A stretch of 64,000 nucleotides of DNA, taken from NCBI GenBank assembly GCA_029953675.1, contig JAMWBK010000007.1, positions 1,674,001-1,738,000 on the forward strand, written 5' to 3'. The number at the start of each line of letters is the position of its first letter. Position 1 is the stretch's first letter. Source of the stretch: Rhodosorus marinus CCMP1338. Taxonomy: Eukaryota > Plantae > Rhodophyta. The position numbers and the translations under genes are program-made. Of the stretch, positions 44,950 through 55,741 are shown in pieces. The notes beneath the pieces are model-generated. The model searched no databases and was not told the DNA's origin. It saw only the letters and a program-made list of their open reading frames with translations.

Positions 44950-47037
44950 ATGGCATTTGTGATGTTCAGACGTTGGATTAAGTTTCAGGATAAAGAGCTG
45001 AGCGCCTGGTGGAAGGATCACAGCAGCCGATGGATGGTTTTCCTCTTCATATCGATTTTGATCTGCTCACTTGCTGTGGAGGGCGAGGGTGTTACGGTCG
45101 GATTGGAGAGGTTGAAACTGGCCGTGAAGCGCGACGAAATCCTTGTCAAATGTGAAAACCTGTTTGTGGACGTGGGGGTAAGGTCCGGAGAGGGCCTACT
45201 TGACTTCGTCGATGAAGGCGGCATAACTGCGTCCTGGATGAGCTCGATTTCGGCGGACCCAAGATCGTTCTGTGTAGAGGCATTCGAGGCTGATGAGAGG
45301 TTCAGGCAGGAGCTCGAGGAGACTGGGAGGTGGATACGGAATAAGCTTCAGAATCTCGATGTAAGAGTGGGTGCGATTCTCTCCAATTCTCGAGGAACGA
45401 CGAGATTGACTCTAACAAGTCAAACTGTCGCTGAGTATACGGTCTCGAACATATCGGGCCATGTCGTCTACAACGCCGAGCAAGTGGCTTCTATCAACCA
45501 GAACCGAGAAGCTTCCAGACGCTCGTTAATAGTCGAGGATCTGCGGGACGTTCTCAGTAGAAATCGGCTTGCTGAGGGCGGTTTTATAGCGATTCGATTC
45601 CAATGCAGCTGTGAGGATGCAGTGAGCTACCTTCGGATGCTTATCAATGACTCAAAGCTTTGCTTCTCAGTCGATAAGGTGTTTCTGCAGGTGATTGATA
45701 CCCAGACCTTGCTCGTGCGGGAGGGGCAGAGCTCGACGCACTCGGATCTCACAAGTGAGCTCGAAGACCTTGCTCAGCTGATGCACCGTTCCAGTGGATG
45801 CGATGTGGACGTTGAAATCGAATACGAAATGATAACCCCGCAGAATGAGGTCCAAGGAGACCACGATGTCGTGTATGCGGTCCTTTCCGGAGATACTACC
45901 CTGAATGAAAGAGGTTGCTGGGCCGCATCGACATGGATGAAAGGCGTTCCTCGTGGACGAGCCGCGTTCTTTACGAACGATCAACTGGATCCGAAATCTG
46001 AGTTTGCGGAGTGCCTGAATGGTCATGTCGCGGTCGTGGCCAAGCCCGCGTTTCCAGACATAGAGAAGCTGCCTGACAACATGCAATCTTGGAGCCATCT
46101 GGTCAGAGTCCGTATGTCCTGGGATCTACTCATGAAAAACGACCCTTCTGCAAAATACTTGATACTCATCGACGATGACACCTTCCCGTTCACCGATACC
46201 ATCGGGAGTGAACTCCCCCAGCACTTGAGCTGGGACAAGATGAGATGGGGCGGAGCGCTCGAAGTGGTAAGGGTGGACAACGGCGATGATACCAGTTTCA
46301 AGGAACAACTCAGGCGCATGCACAGAGCAGGTAAGCTTACCCTATGCTAGCGCTATCGGGTGATGATGTATTCCCATGGTCCTGGTCCTCAACGGCTGTT
46401 TTCTCTCTTGGGCCTCGTAGATGGCAAGGACTGCAGGTTTGAAGAAGAGCCTGAAGTCGAGGGACTTGCTGCTTGCAACAAGACGTTTTGCTTTGCGTGC
46501 CCATCCATCCCACAGGGAGGATTTGTGGTGATGTCGAGAGCGCTGGTGGAAGCCGTTCGCCCGCATGTTGAAGAATGTGAGTTTGAAACGCAAGGGTTTT
46601 GTAAGCAATGTGGCTCCCAGCGCCTGTACTATTGCCTACTCAATCGAGTCAACGCGACCCGTGCTGTTGCACTTCGGGGAGTGTTTCGCCTACCCTGGAT
46701 GTATGAGGCTCATCAAGCTCCAGCGCAGAAGGTCAACTACCCGTTGTCGTTCCATGGTCTCAAGGAATCCGCGTATGATCTGCACACGGGGAGTGGGGCG
46801 ATGGACTTTCAAGAACTTTACCGGATGGTCAAGCAGGCTAGGCGAAGAGCCGCAGTGAAGGCTGGAGATGAATATGTGACTTTGGACGACGTGAACTTCC
46901 ATATCTCGTGCGACGGGAAGGGATATTTTCACAATGAGTCCTGCTATGCGACATTCCGGCAAGACAGAAACAAGTGCAAGCTAGGAGACTTTACGTCCTG
47001 GGTACCTGAATGGCCCGAGCAGAACGTATATAGCTGA
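44950..47037 (+). CDS. Type II membrane protein: FkbM-like methyltransferase-fold domain fused to a GT31/Fringe-like glycosyltransferase (exons 44950-46330 and 46421-47037; 665 aa)
   Basis: TM segment WMVFLFISILICSLAV; FVDVGVRSG..VEAFEAD (FkbM-like); YLILIDDDTF and GGFVVMSRAL (GT31-like). The 90-nt intron GCAG|GTAAGC...CTCGTAG|AT joins the two ORFs in phase 1. Confidence 0.75.
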
Positions 47038-47699
47038 GCTGCGTCAATCCACTTTCGAACAATGCTCAGGTCGCCGGACCTTTGCGACACTGTCGGAAAT
47101 CAATGCTTTCGCGGGTGGCATTCTGGCGCGTCGTATTCGGTTCGATTGGATACCGAGCAGCTTTTATATTCATTGATTCTCTGAAGTATTTAACGAGGAT
47201 ATTGATCCTCTCCATCCTTGCCGAACCGTGCTTCGCCGTGGAGAAAAAGCCGAAGCGGCGACATGCTGGTACTTGCGTTGCGGCCGTGGGTGGTGATAGG
47301 TTTCTAGCCAACACCAAGGAGCCAAGTCTTGCTTCAGTTCGTTCTCTACATCAAATGTCGAGCTTGGAGCACGTGACGCCTCGAAGAAGCACATGTGCGT
47401 CAGCTGAGCAGAGCATCCTTAGACTCCGGACTTTCGTGGCAACCAAAGGGAGTGGCTCCCTAACATCCTGCTGACAGGGGTTAAACATAAACTGACCACC
47501 GTCCATGACAGGCTCTGCCTGATACTCACATTCTGGTGTCCGACCATGTGCTTATCCCTGTAGGCGTGAAGCATCCCAACCTGTAACCGTGAATGCTTTG
47601 CTAAAGGCCTCCCTAATGGAGCCCGTCAGGAGGAAATAAGGAATCTACTCTATGCGATAAAAACCGCTAATGCGTTGTGTGGTTACGTTCTACTAGAGC

Positions 47700-48250
47700 G
47701 ACGATCTCATAGTTCCCTCGTCAATTCGGCGCGCCTGTGTGGCAAGTAGTGCATTCCCTTTCCATAAGGACCACTTGAGCGTCCCGCGTGCTTCAGCTGA
47801 CTTGTGCCATCGATGGGTGCTGCAAGGGCAGAGTCACCTCTTTCAAGAATTCATCAGCTTGCTTACTTTCCCGAACGTCTCCACGCAGACGGGCACTAAA
47901 AGTTCGTCATTGTGGGCTCCGATCGCATCCGAATATTAGGACTCTTTAAACTACTCGGCCTTGTGTGCAGGGTACCTTATCTCCCAGGACGCTTTGTGTG
48001 GGTAGATCTTTTGCAGCGGCGAGGTCACTTTTACGTCGATCACGCACAGCTTCCCGGTCCGAGATTGGCAAACTAAAATGTCGGTCGAGGGTGCCTCCCT
48101 GGGTAGTGTCCGCTCGGTTCCAGCGTCACCTCCAATCTCCATTGCTCTGAGTTGTGTAGCAAGAGCGTCCCGGACCATGTTGTGTCTCAGGGTCCAGCTC
48201 CCTGTAGAACTGGTACAGTGGTACGGGCAACCCCAAGAGCGCGGGGTTCA
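47700..48250 (-). mobile_element. RLE-type non-LTR remnant (second subfamily)
   Basis: WTLRHNMVRDAL..TDILV..CVIDVKVTSP..VPVCVETFG..LKWSLWKGNA, with in-frame stops. Confidence 0.8.
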
Positions 48251-48290
48251 GCACACATACACCCAGAAAGCAGTGCCTTTCAGTCCAGTT

Positions 48291-48823
48291 ACCCCATGCT
48301 TCTGAAGAAGCATCATGTCTGCAAGTTTCACTTCAAGGTTGACTCATTTCTGATCACGTCCACAACTGCCGCGCGTACAGTCCGGAGGATTCAGACGTTT
48401 ACAAGTCCATGCTGGCGCTTGAAAAATTGTTCGAAACGCAGATGCTTTTGGCCACGTTTGAGGAGGAGCGGTCCCCTGCCGTTCTCAGTCCTCGCAGACT
48501 GGACACGGAGAGATACAATCGACTCTGATCGAATTTGCTATTTGCCGACCACGTATCCATATGATTGTCTGGTAACGATGGAGAAACGTGCGCCCGTGTC
48601 GTCATGATGGTACGCTCTGTAGTTGCAGGACTGTAGTCTGGAGGGTGGGCCTAGAAGCATATGTAGAGTATATTTTTGGCATCCTACGAGACTAAATATC
48701 AATTTGTCGGGGGGTGGGGTCGCGCGGAAACAGACGACCATGAATCGTAACCCCATGCTTCTGAAGAAGCATCATGTCTGCAAGTTTCACTTCAAGGTTG
48801 ACTCATTTCTGATCACGTCCACA
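48291..48823. repeat. Exact 74-bp direct repeat (48291-48364 and 48750-48823)
   Basis: ACCCCATGCTTCTGAAGAAGCAT...GATCACGTCCACA appears twice, 459 bp apart. Confidence 0.95.
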
Positions 48824-49102
48824 GCTAGAATCACACAGCTATGCCCGAACAAGATGTTAGTCGTTTTTGCGCCAGCCTCAAGCCAAGAATCATTTTATTG
48901 TTTCTTATTAGAAAAACAATAGATTATGTTTCAACGGTTTTTTCACGGACAAGACCTTCTTTCGTGGAGACCATCGGCAGACGTTTTTCAAAAATAAGAA
49001 GAGAGTGGATTCGACTTGTGATTCTCTTGCTGATCTTGCAGGGTTCCGTAGAAGTTCTGAACAAAATCCGATCGGAATGAATTCAGCAGTAAAGTTTGCT
49101 GA

Positions 49103-49744
49103 ATGACGGTGTTTTTATATGCTACTGAGGGTCTTGGAAATCTTGGACGAGGTCTAAGGATGGATAAATATAGGGCTTGGCGGAGGTGCTGCTGGGCAAG
49201 TGAGAAGTCACTAATATTGTCATGCAAACGTTGGGAGCATCAGGGGAAGACGAAATGGGAGGTTTTGAGCGGCTGGAAAGCTATCGTAGGCTTTCTCGCA
49301 TTTCGCACATCTTTATGTGCGAAATGCGAGAAAGCCGTTCACGTCAGAGAGCGAAAAAGGCTCCTGGTAAGTCCAGGAGCCTTTTACACCTGTCCCGTGT
49401 GCGACAGAGGGTTCACGAGGAAGTGGAATCTCGAGGAACACATAACGGGTCTGCATCCAGCTTCCGGGGACGGCAAAAGGTTGCCGTGCCGTCTATGCAA
49501 TGAGAGGTTTCACTGGAAGATTGAGCAGAAAATTCATATCAAAACTCAACATTCCCGGGAGTACGAATATTTGAAGATCATGGAGAAACTGCTAAAGAAT
49601 ATGGTTAGAAAACAACAGTTTTTCGAGGAATTGCGCTGGATTTGGGATTCTCATATTCAAATTTCTTGTCAATCTGTCATTTCAGAAGCCGAAGGAAAGG
49701 TTTTGATCGAGCGAGGGGCCTGCTACAACCATGCTTCGGCATAA
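49103..49744 (+). CDS. C2H2 zinc-finger protein (two fingers); true 5' end uncertain
   Basis: YTCPVCDRGFTRKWNLEEHITGLH and LPCRLCNERFHWKIEQKIHIKTQH. Confidence 0.7.
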   Translation: MTVFLYATEGLGNLGRGLRMDKYRAWRRCCWASEKSLILSCKRWEHQGKTKWEVLSGWKAIVGFLAFRTSLCAKCEKAVHVRERKRLLVSPGAFYTCPVCDRGFTRKWNLEEHITGLHPASGDGKRLPCRLCNERFHWKIEQKIHIKTQHSREYEYLKIMEKLLKNMVRKQQFFEELRWIWDSHIQISCQSVISEAEGKVLIERGACYNHASA

Positions 49745-50619
49745 TGCAAGGCTTAATCCTATCCGTCCTCCGGCCGTGTGTGTGTCCTTCCTCAACGTGA
49801 TCTAGTGGCTTCAGAGCGCCGTATTGGAGGCTGTCCAAAAAGAACGAGCTACTGGAAGTCAGCATCAATCTCGGACATCAGCATGAACACCGGGGCTCGT
49901 GAATACTAGGAAAGCCCAAATTTTGATACGAACTCGGTAACTCCATATCGAGACATACTCGTCCGAGACGGCGTAGCCATCTCAGCGCGCGTACAATGGA
50001 TTTCGGTCGAGGGAAAACCGAAGACTAACCGGGCGAGGACGAGGGCGAGGGCGTGGTCACGGCAGAAATCCCCTAGGCCTTCATTGCCAAACCACGTCAT
50101 TACCACACTCCCCCCCTCCCCCTCCCCCCCTCCCCGCCTTCCAGTCAGCTATAAACCCATAAACTAACATCTTTTTACCAGCCAGCGCAGGCAGTAACGT
50201 AATGAAATCCCCTGTGATGAAAACCCAAAGCAGAAAAAAAGATTTCGCTACACAAGTAAAGAGGAAAAGAATGTAACCCCACAAAGTCCGGTATCGGGAA
50301 CACCAACAAAAGCATCAAAGAGTCCCTATGACTCCGTCTAATCCGCGAACCCCACAACCAAAGCTATGGCAGTAAGTTCAATCCAATACAATACTACTGA
50401 GAAAAAAATTTACATCCAAACAAAATAAAACTCTTATCAACCCCCCAAAAAAATTTGTTTCTATTTTTACTGTTCCAGACGACAGACGACGACGTACAGT
50501 CAAACAACCGTGCCCAAGCAGGTGAAGCGAGAAAAACAGCTAGCAAAAACTACGCTCATGCAACCCCGAAGGAGTCCGAACAACGCCTAGAGATTCATAA
50601 GCCAAGAAATTCCTTCCAG

Positions 50620-50770
50620 TCTCCTTCAGGCTACATAGCCGGCGGAGTACCTGGCTCTAGTTGATGATGTTGCAACGCCGGCTGGAGGCATTCCTGGAGG
50701 AGCCAGGTTGCCAGATAAGGAAGCCGATACAAGCGTACTCTGATAATAGCTCCTGCGTATATCAGCAATC
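50620..50770 (+). mobile_element. Short copia RNase H remnant
   Basis: AEYLALV, then after a frameshift MMLQRRLEAFLEEPG..IQAYSDNSSCV; homologous by eye to the 35.9-36.0 kb copia copy. Confidence 0.55.
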
Positions 50771-51037
50771 AACCATTGTCATTCCCCCCCCCCCCATACC
50801 CACCTCCAGGGACCCCAAACAACAGCAACAGCAACAACTACAACTACAACGACAGTTTCCTTCCCCATTTTGTCAGCTAAAACAAACCCCCCAAAAAAAA
50901 AGTCAAATCTCTACAGCTGGTTTGAATTATTGTATTCCTTTTAATTTAGAGAATGATGAAAACAAAGCTTTGAATTTCTTATCGAACGAATGATTTAATC
51001 GGAGGTTGAAAAAAAAAACCCCGAGGGGAAAAAAAGA

Positions 51038-51655
51038 CTAAGCGCGGCGAAGTACTCGCGCCTCCAACATCAAAGCGGCATTCATGCGCCACAGCAGGAA
51101 ACTTAAGCGGGTAAACAACGATTGAAGACGGTCAGGGCGTTCGCGGAACAACTCCCGAAGCCAGCGAGAACCAACAGAGTCCATGAACCCAAAGCACTCA
51201 ATGATCAGGGGTACCAAGCGAAGTGCTAGTGCCGAAGCACGAACACCAGGGGAAGACAAAGCCCCCGCGTATTTGATCTCTTTGCGGCGTCTCATGCCGG
51301 CGGCGGCAGATCCACGGCGCTCCCCCGCAGCCGGGAGATAACGACTAGCTTGAGGGTTAGGAACAGCAAGATCAACGTATGTGGTACGGCGGCTGTCGTC
51401 ACAGGTGATCACCAGGTCGGCTACACGGCGTTCATCATTTTGAAAGTCCGCGACGGGTAAAGGTTTCTCACGTTCGATTTCCAGACCGGCTTGCCGGACT
51501 ATAGGCCGAAGTTCCCGGTATAACAGGTTCAAGATCCGTGTATGGCGGCGGGTTCGAGCACCATTCACCGCCGGGCAACTAGCGAGCAGGTGGGCGCCAA
51601 AATCTGCGTTGTCTTCAGTCTGAGAGCAGAGAGGGCACGACGAATTTCTTATCAA
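51038..51655 (-). mobile_element. 5'-truncated CRE/RLE non-LTR copy with intact CCHC and endonuclease frame
   Basis: CPLC..GAHLLASC..RTRRH; RVADLVI..YVDLAVPNP; KEIKY; LVPLIIECFG; LSFLLWRMNA. Confidence 0.9.
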
Positions 51656-54461
51656 AGCAACCTTAAAATAAATATATTTTTAGTAAGCTCAATTTTATTT
51701 TAAAACATCTAATATTTTTTGATTTGGACATGTTTAGAACAAAAAAATGGTTCAAAAAAGTCGGATTGGATTTTTGGTGGGTTTTTAAGTGATCGTATGG
51801 ATAAGTTTGTTTTTATGTAAATTGTTTGGAGGTTTTATAAAAGCCGGCGAGGTTTCTTTTTGTGATAGGGGCGAGGGAACGGTTTTTTCGGTTTTTGGGT
51901 GTTTTATCGGAAATGGAAGAGGGTGAGTGGGGGGTGGTTTGGTGAGGTTTGGTCATTTTAACAGAGGCGCCGCGCCAGCGGCTTGAACTCTGTGGATGTG
52001 TCGAAAGAAGGGTTCGCTCCGATACTGGATTCATATCCATGAACGGCGATTTTGTTGGAACTGTGATGGAACGGAAGTAGAGAAAAATGACCGATTTTTT
52101 GGGTGCAACGGCGATTATGCCGGAGCATGGTTCTCAAGTGGGCACCAAATTTCGATCAAAACCTTTCCCCTCGGCTTCTGAACATGACAGGTTAAAACGA
52201 GAAAGCTTTGAAGGGGAGGATTCGACCCGTTTCGAAACGCAACCCCCGGCAGTCAGGAGTTTGCGGATACCTCACTCAGCAGGCGAGGATGCGCTCCTTC
52301 GTGAAGCACGTGAAGGGGTGAGGGCTGGGTTTCAGGATCCCGCTTTCTTCGAAAGGCAGGCCCCACCAGTCAGGAGTCTGGTGGATATTCTGATCACCCC
52401 GGACAAATGCGCTCCTTCGTGCGGCGTCACCCACGGGCGAGGGTTTGATTCAGGAATTGGACTGTTCAGATGAGTTTGGCCTTTTAACAGAGGCAACCCT
52501 AATTCCTGAGAAAATCGTAAAGCTTGTTCCCATCTTCTCTTCGTATCTATCAAAGGCCTCGCCCTCGCCCTCGTCCTCGCTGTGTTAGGCTTCGGTGGCC
52601 CTCGAGCCTGCCGACTTATATTTTCGAAGGACGTAGCAAGCGATGCTCAAAAGAAGGATTGTTGAGACACCCAAGTTTTTAAGAGACTACGCGTGGTAGG
52701 AGGGACGTATTCGGCAAGCTGTTTAGCGCCGTGGCGGTCTACTAAATGTGGGTGTTCGGCAGCAATTGGAACGAAGACTTGATCCATGCATGAGCATGGA
52801 TTTGTGCATTAATTAGATCCTCGTAAAGGGTTTGCTTGTGCGGAAGGATACGCCGAGGCAGCTGTGTCTTCGCGTTGGAGGGCCTTCCGCAAATAGCCGG
52901 GGGCAGGGAGCTTCCCACTTCCCCCACCCCGCGTCAAAATCGCAACTGAGCGACAACCTATGCAAACCGACCTGCGAGCCGCGTGGATCGAGGCTATCTG
53001 TATTGTCTAAATTGGCAGTGCGAAAGAGCCTGCTTTGTTCAAGTTCTTGACAGAGCCTCCCGAGCAGGTGAACGTGAGTTGGTCAATCCTTTGTTTTGCT
53101 TTGAGACGGCGGACGCATCGCGCACCAGCTGAAAAGTGAGAAAGCAGGGAGATCATCGACCCCGGAGCTGGAGAATTGGCTGAGCACGTTCCCCAGTGCA
53201 TTCAGTCCTTAAAAATCATTCAGAAGGGATGCAAATTCCCATCTGCTACTGTTCAACCGGATAAGCATCGGGCAGTCACCCATGTTTGGTCATCAGTACC
53301 TCGTCAGCCACCATCCAATATCTCATCCACTTCTTTTCCGAGACTACCGTTCTATTCTTTCCATTTCAAATTTCCCAGGCAGGATACAATCCTAAATATT
53401 CTTCCTAGGCCATGAAATATTTGATAAAACAGAACTACTTGATCATCTAGCCTAAATTAAAAATCAACATTCTATTTTTCAAAAAGGGATTTCAGAACCC
53501 GACCCCTTACCCAAGGTCCCTTTAGCCCAAATCCAAATTCTAATAAATTATATATAAAATCAAAATATATTCGAAGCATTTTCGAAACACGGATTCTTTA
53601 TTTTATTTATACATGAATACTATTTAAGTATTTTAAAATTAATTTTGCAGATTCTTGTAAACGGATTTTCTATCTGTATTTCTGACCCCTGGGATACTTG
53701 CTCGATTTTTGAACGGAAGTCGTTCTCAGGTTCTACTATATCTATATTATGTCCATCACAAAAAAACGCCTTCTTTTGAATTTAAACACTCAAAATATGG
53801 ACCGATTTATGGCCGATCTTTGATTTGCTTTGGTCATAATTTAGACGATAACCATCGATTTCGAATCAATGTAAGGCTATTCGATATTCTTCGATTCTAT
53901 ATATTTCTATATTATTACTTTAGTTGTTCATAAAAAAGTCTTTTTTGCACTTTCATCCTCAAAATTCCAGCTAAATTATTCGCGATTTCCAAAATTTGGC
54001 ACAAAAAATCTTCATTTTCTCTGAATATCCGCATATTCTTTCTTCTTTTTGAACTAGTACGCAAAATATAGAGTCTTTTTTCTTAATGTAAGAATATGTG
54101 AATTCCTAACATCGTTGTTTTAGCTACGGAGGGAGGCTTCTTACAAAAAGCTGATCTTGAGAGTTGGGAACTTCGATAGGCTAAGGAGGGAAAGCTCTGC
54201 TTTGCGTGTGGATTAAGGGATTTGAGATTCGATAGGTAGCAGAGGAGGAGGAGCAGGTAGGCAGAGCTGAGCAGAGCTGGACGATGGAATTTATTAGATC
54301 GATAAAGGATAATAGGAAAGCGGGTTTATAAGTGCATTTTTCCTGGGGAGGGAGAGAGGGTGGGGAGTGTGGGGAGTGCGGGAAGGGCGGGGTGGGTGTG
54401 GGTGGTGGGGAAAGTGAGAGTCTTTTGACAGGTTGAGGTTGAGGTTTTTGGTTGTTGGACG

Positions 54462-55256
54462 ATGGCAACGAGTGAATTGCCGGGGGGGCCTGAGGCTTAC
54501 TTTGCGGTAGAGGCGCTGGAGGAGGACGAGGCGGTTGAGTATGAGGAGGTCGCCGCTCCGACGGAACCTGTTGCGGACGATTTTGCCGCTCCTGATCCTG
54601 GTTTGTTGGTTGTTGAGGAATCGAGGGTCGTGAAGAGGCATGGAAAGGTGACTATTGTTGACGACTATGTGGAGACTGACCTCCATGGAAGAGGGTTCAA
54701 AGGAGTCCACCCGAATGTTTCAGATCCCGAGCAAACCATCCGAGCAATGGCGGAAGGCTCGCTTCAAGGTCTAGATGCTAAGGGTGTGGAAAACACTATT
54801 CCCAACCACGTTGCCTATGACGTCTTCGGAAGAGCCGATCCTCGAGTATTCTCAGCTGGATCCGAGAAAGCGAGCAAGGAGCAAGCTTTGGCGAAAATGA
54901 AGGAGATCAGGGCAAGGGCTCGGGAGCCTAAGGGTCAGGCTGCTCGAGCGGCTACAATGACGGGTGATAATCAGGAGGTCGCAAGAATGATGAAGGAGAT
55001 CCTCTCGAAAAAGGAGAATATGAAGAAAGAAGAACTCCTTCGTAAGAAGCAGGAAGAAGATCTTGCAAAGCTCGCAGCTACTCCAGAGCCCGAGGTCGAA
55101 GCTCTACCGGAGATACCAGCTCCGGAAGCGCCTATGGTCGAGGCCCCCGCAGATTTCGTGGAGGTTGATAGTACTCCAGTGGAGCCTCAAGTTGTTGAAG
55201 ATGTAGTGCCTGAGGTCATCGAACAAGCCGAGAGTCCAGCGCTTGTGAGCGCCTAG
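54462..55256 (+). CDS. Hypothetical acidic protein, 264 aa, family not recognised
   Basis: ATG start, purine-rich coding-like composition downstream of an AT-rich upstream region, with a charged helical middle part. Confidence 0.65.
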   Translation: MATSELPGGPEAYFAVEALEEDEAVEYEEVAAPTEPVADDFAAPDPGLLVVEESRVVKRHGKVTIVDDYVETDLHGRGFKGVHPNVSDPEQTIRAMAEGSLQGLDAKGVENTIPNHVAYDVFGRADPRVFSAGSEKASKEQALAKMKEIRARAREPKGQAARAATMTGDNQEVARMMKEILSKKENMKKEELLRKKQEEDLAKLAATPEPEVEALPEIPAPEAPMVEAPADFVEVDSTPVEPQVVEDVVPEVIEQAESPALVSA

Positions 55257-55741
55257 GCGCTGTTTCCATTCCAAAGGTCATACTCCGCGGTCTTCAAGAG
55301 TCAAGCCCTCGACAAATTGACCTTGGTGCCTACGGGTTGAGACTGACTAAATCAATGTGCTCAGAGCAAGGGAGCGAATAATTGTTTGCTGATGTTGCTG
55401 TTGTTCTTTCCTTTTTCGACGATTTCCTCCTCGTGGTTGCCGTCCAGCTCCCCCCCTTACCTGAGACATCTTGCTGTTGTTTCGGACTGCGAGAACATAC
55501 ATAGTTTTAGAAAGCTTCCTTTTTTTTTTTGCTTTCCATCGGTACCACCGGAAAGGAATAAAGATTTTGAATGTACATGGGGTTACGCGGAATCGCCTAG
55601 GACGCGTTGTACGTTATTACACTTCGATCGATGAAGTTGTGCCCGTCTGAGTAGGGGGGAGGGAAAAGTAGGTCCGTTTACATGCGACGAGAACACTCGA
55701 TACTGTTCTCATCTTGCTGACGGGAACTTGACATGCAGAGT

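Noticed and set aside
42172-47037. Functional link of KDSR (sphingolipids) and the GT31 enzyme to the MACPF cluster as self-protection or receptor synthesis
   Set aside because: They are separated from the cluster by 10 kb of TE debris and are ordinary housekeeping-type genes; proximity alone is not evidence.
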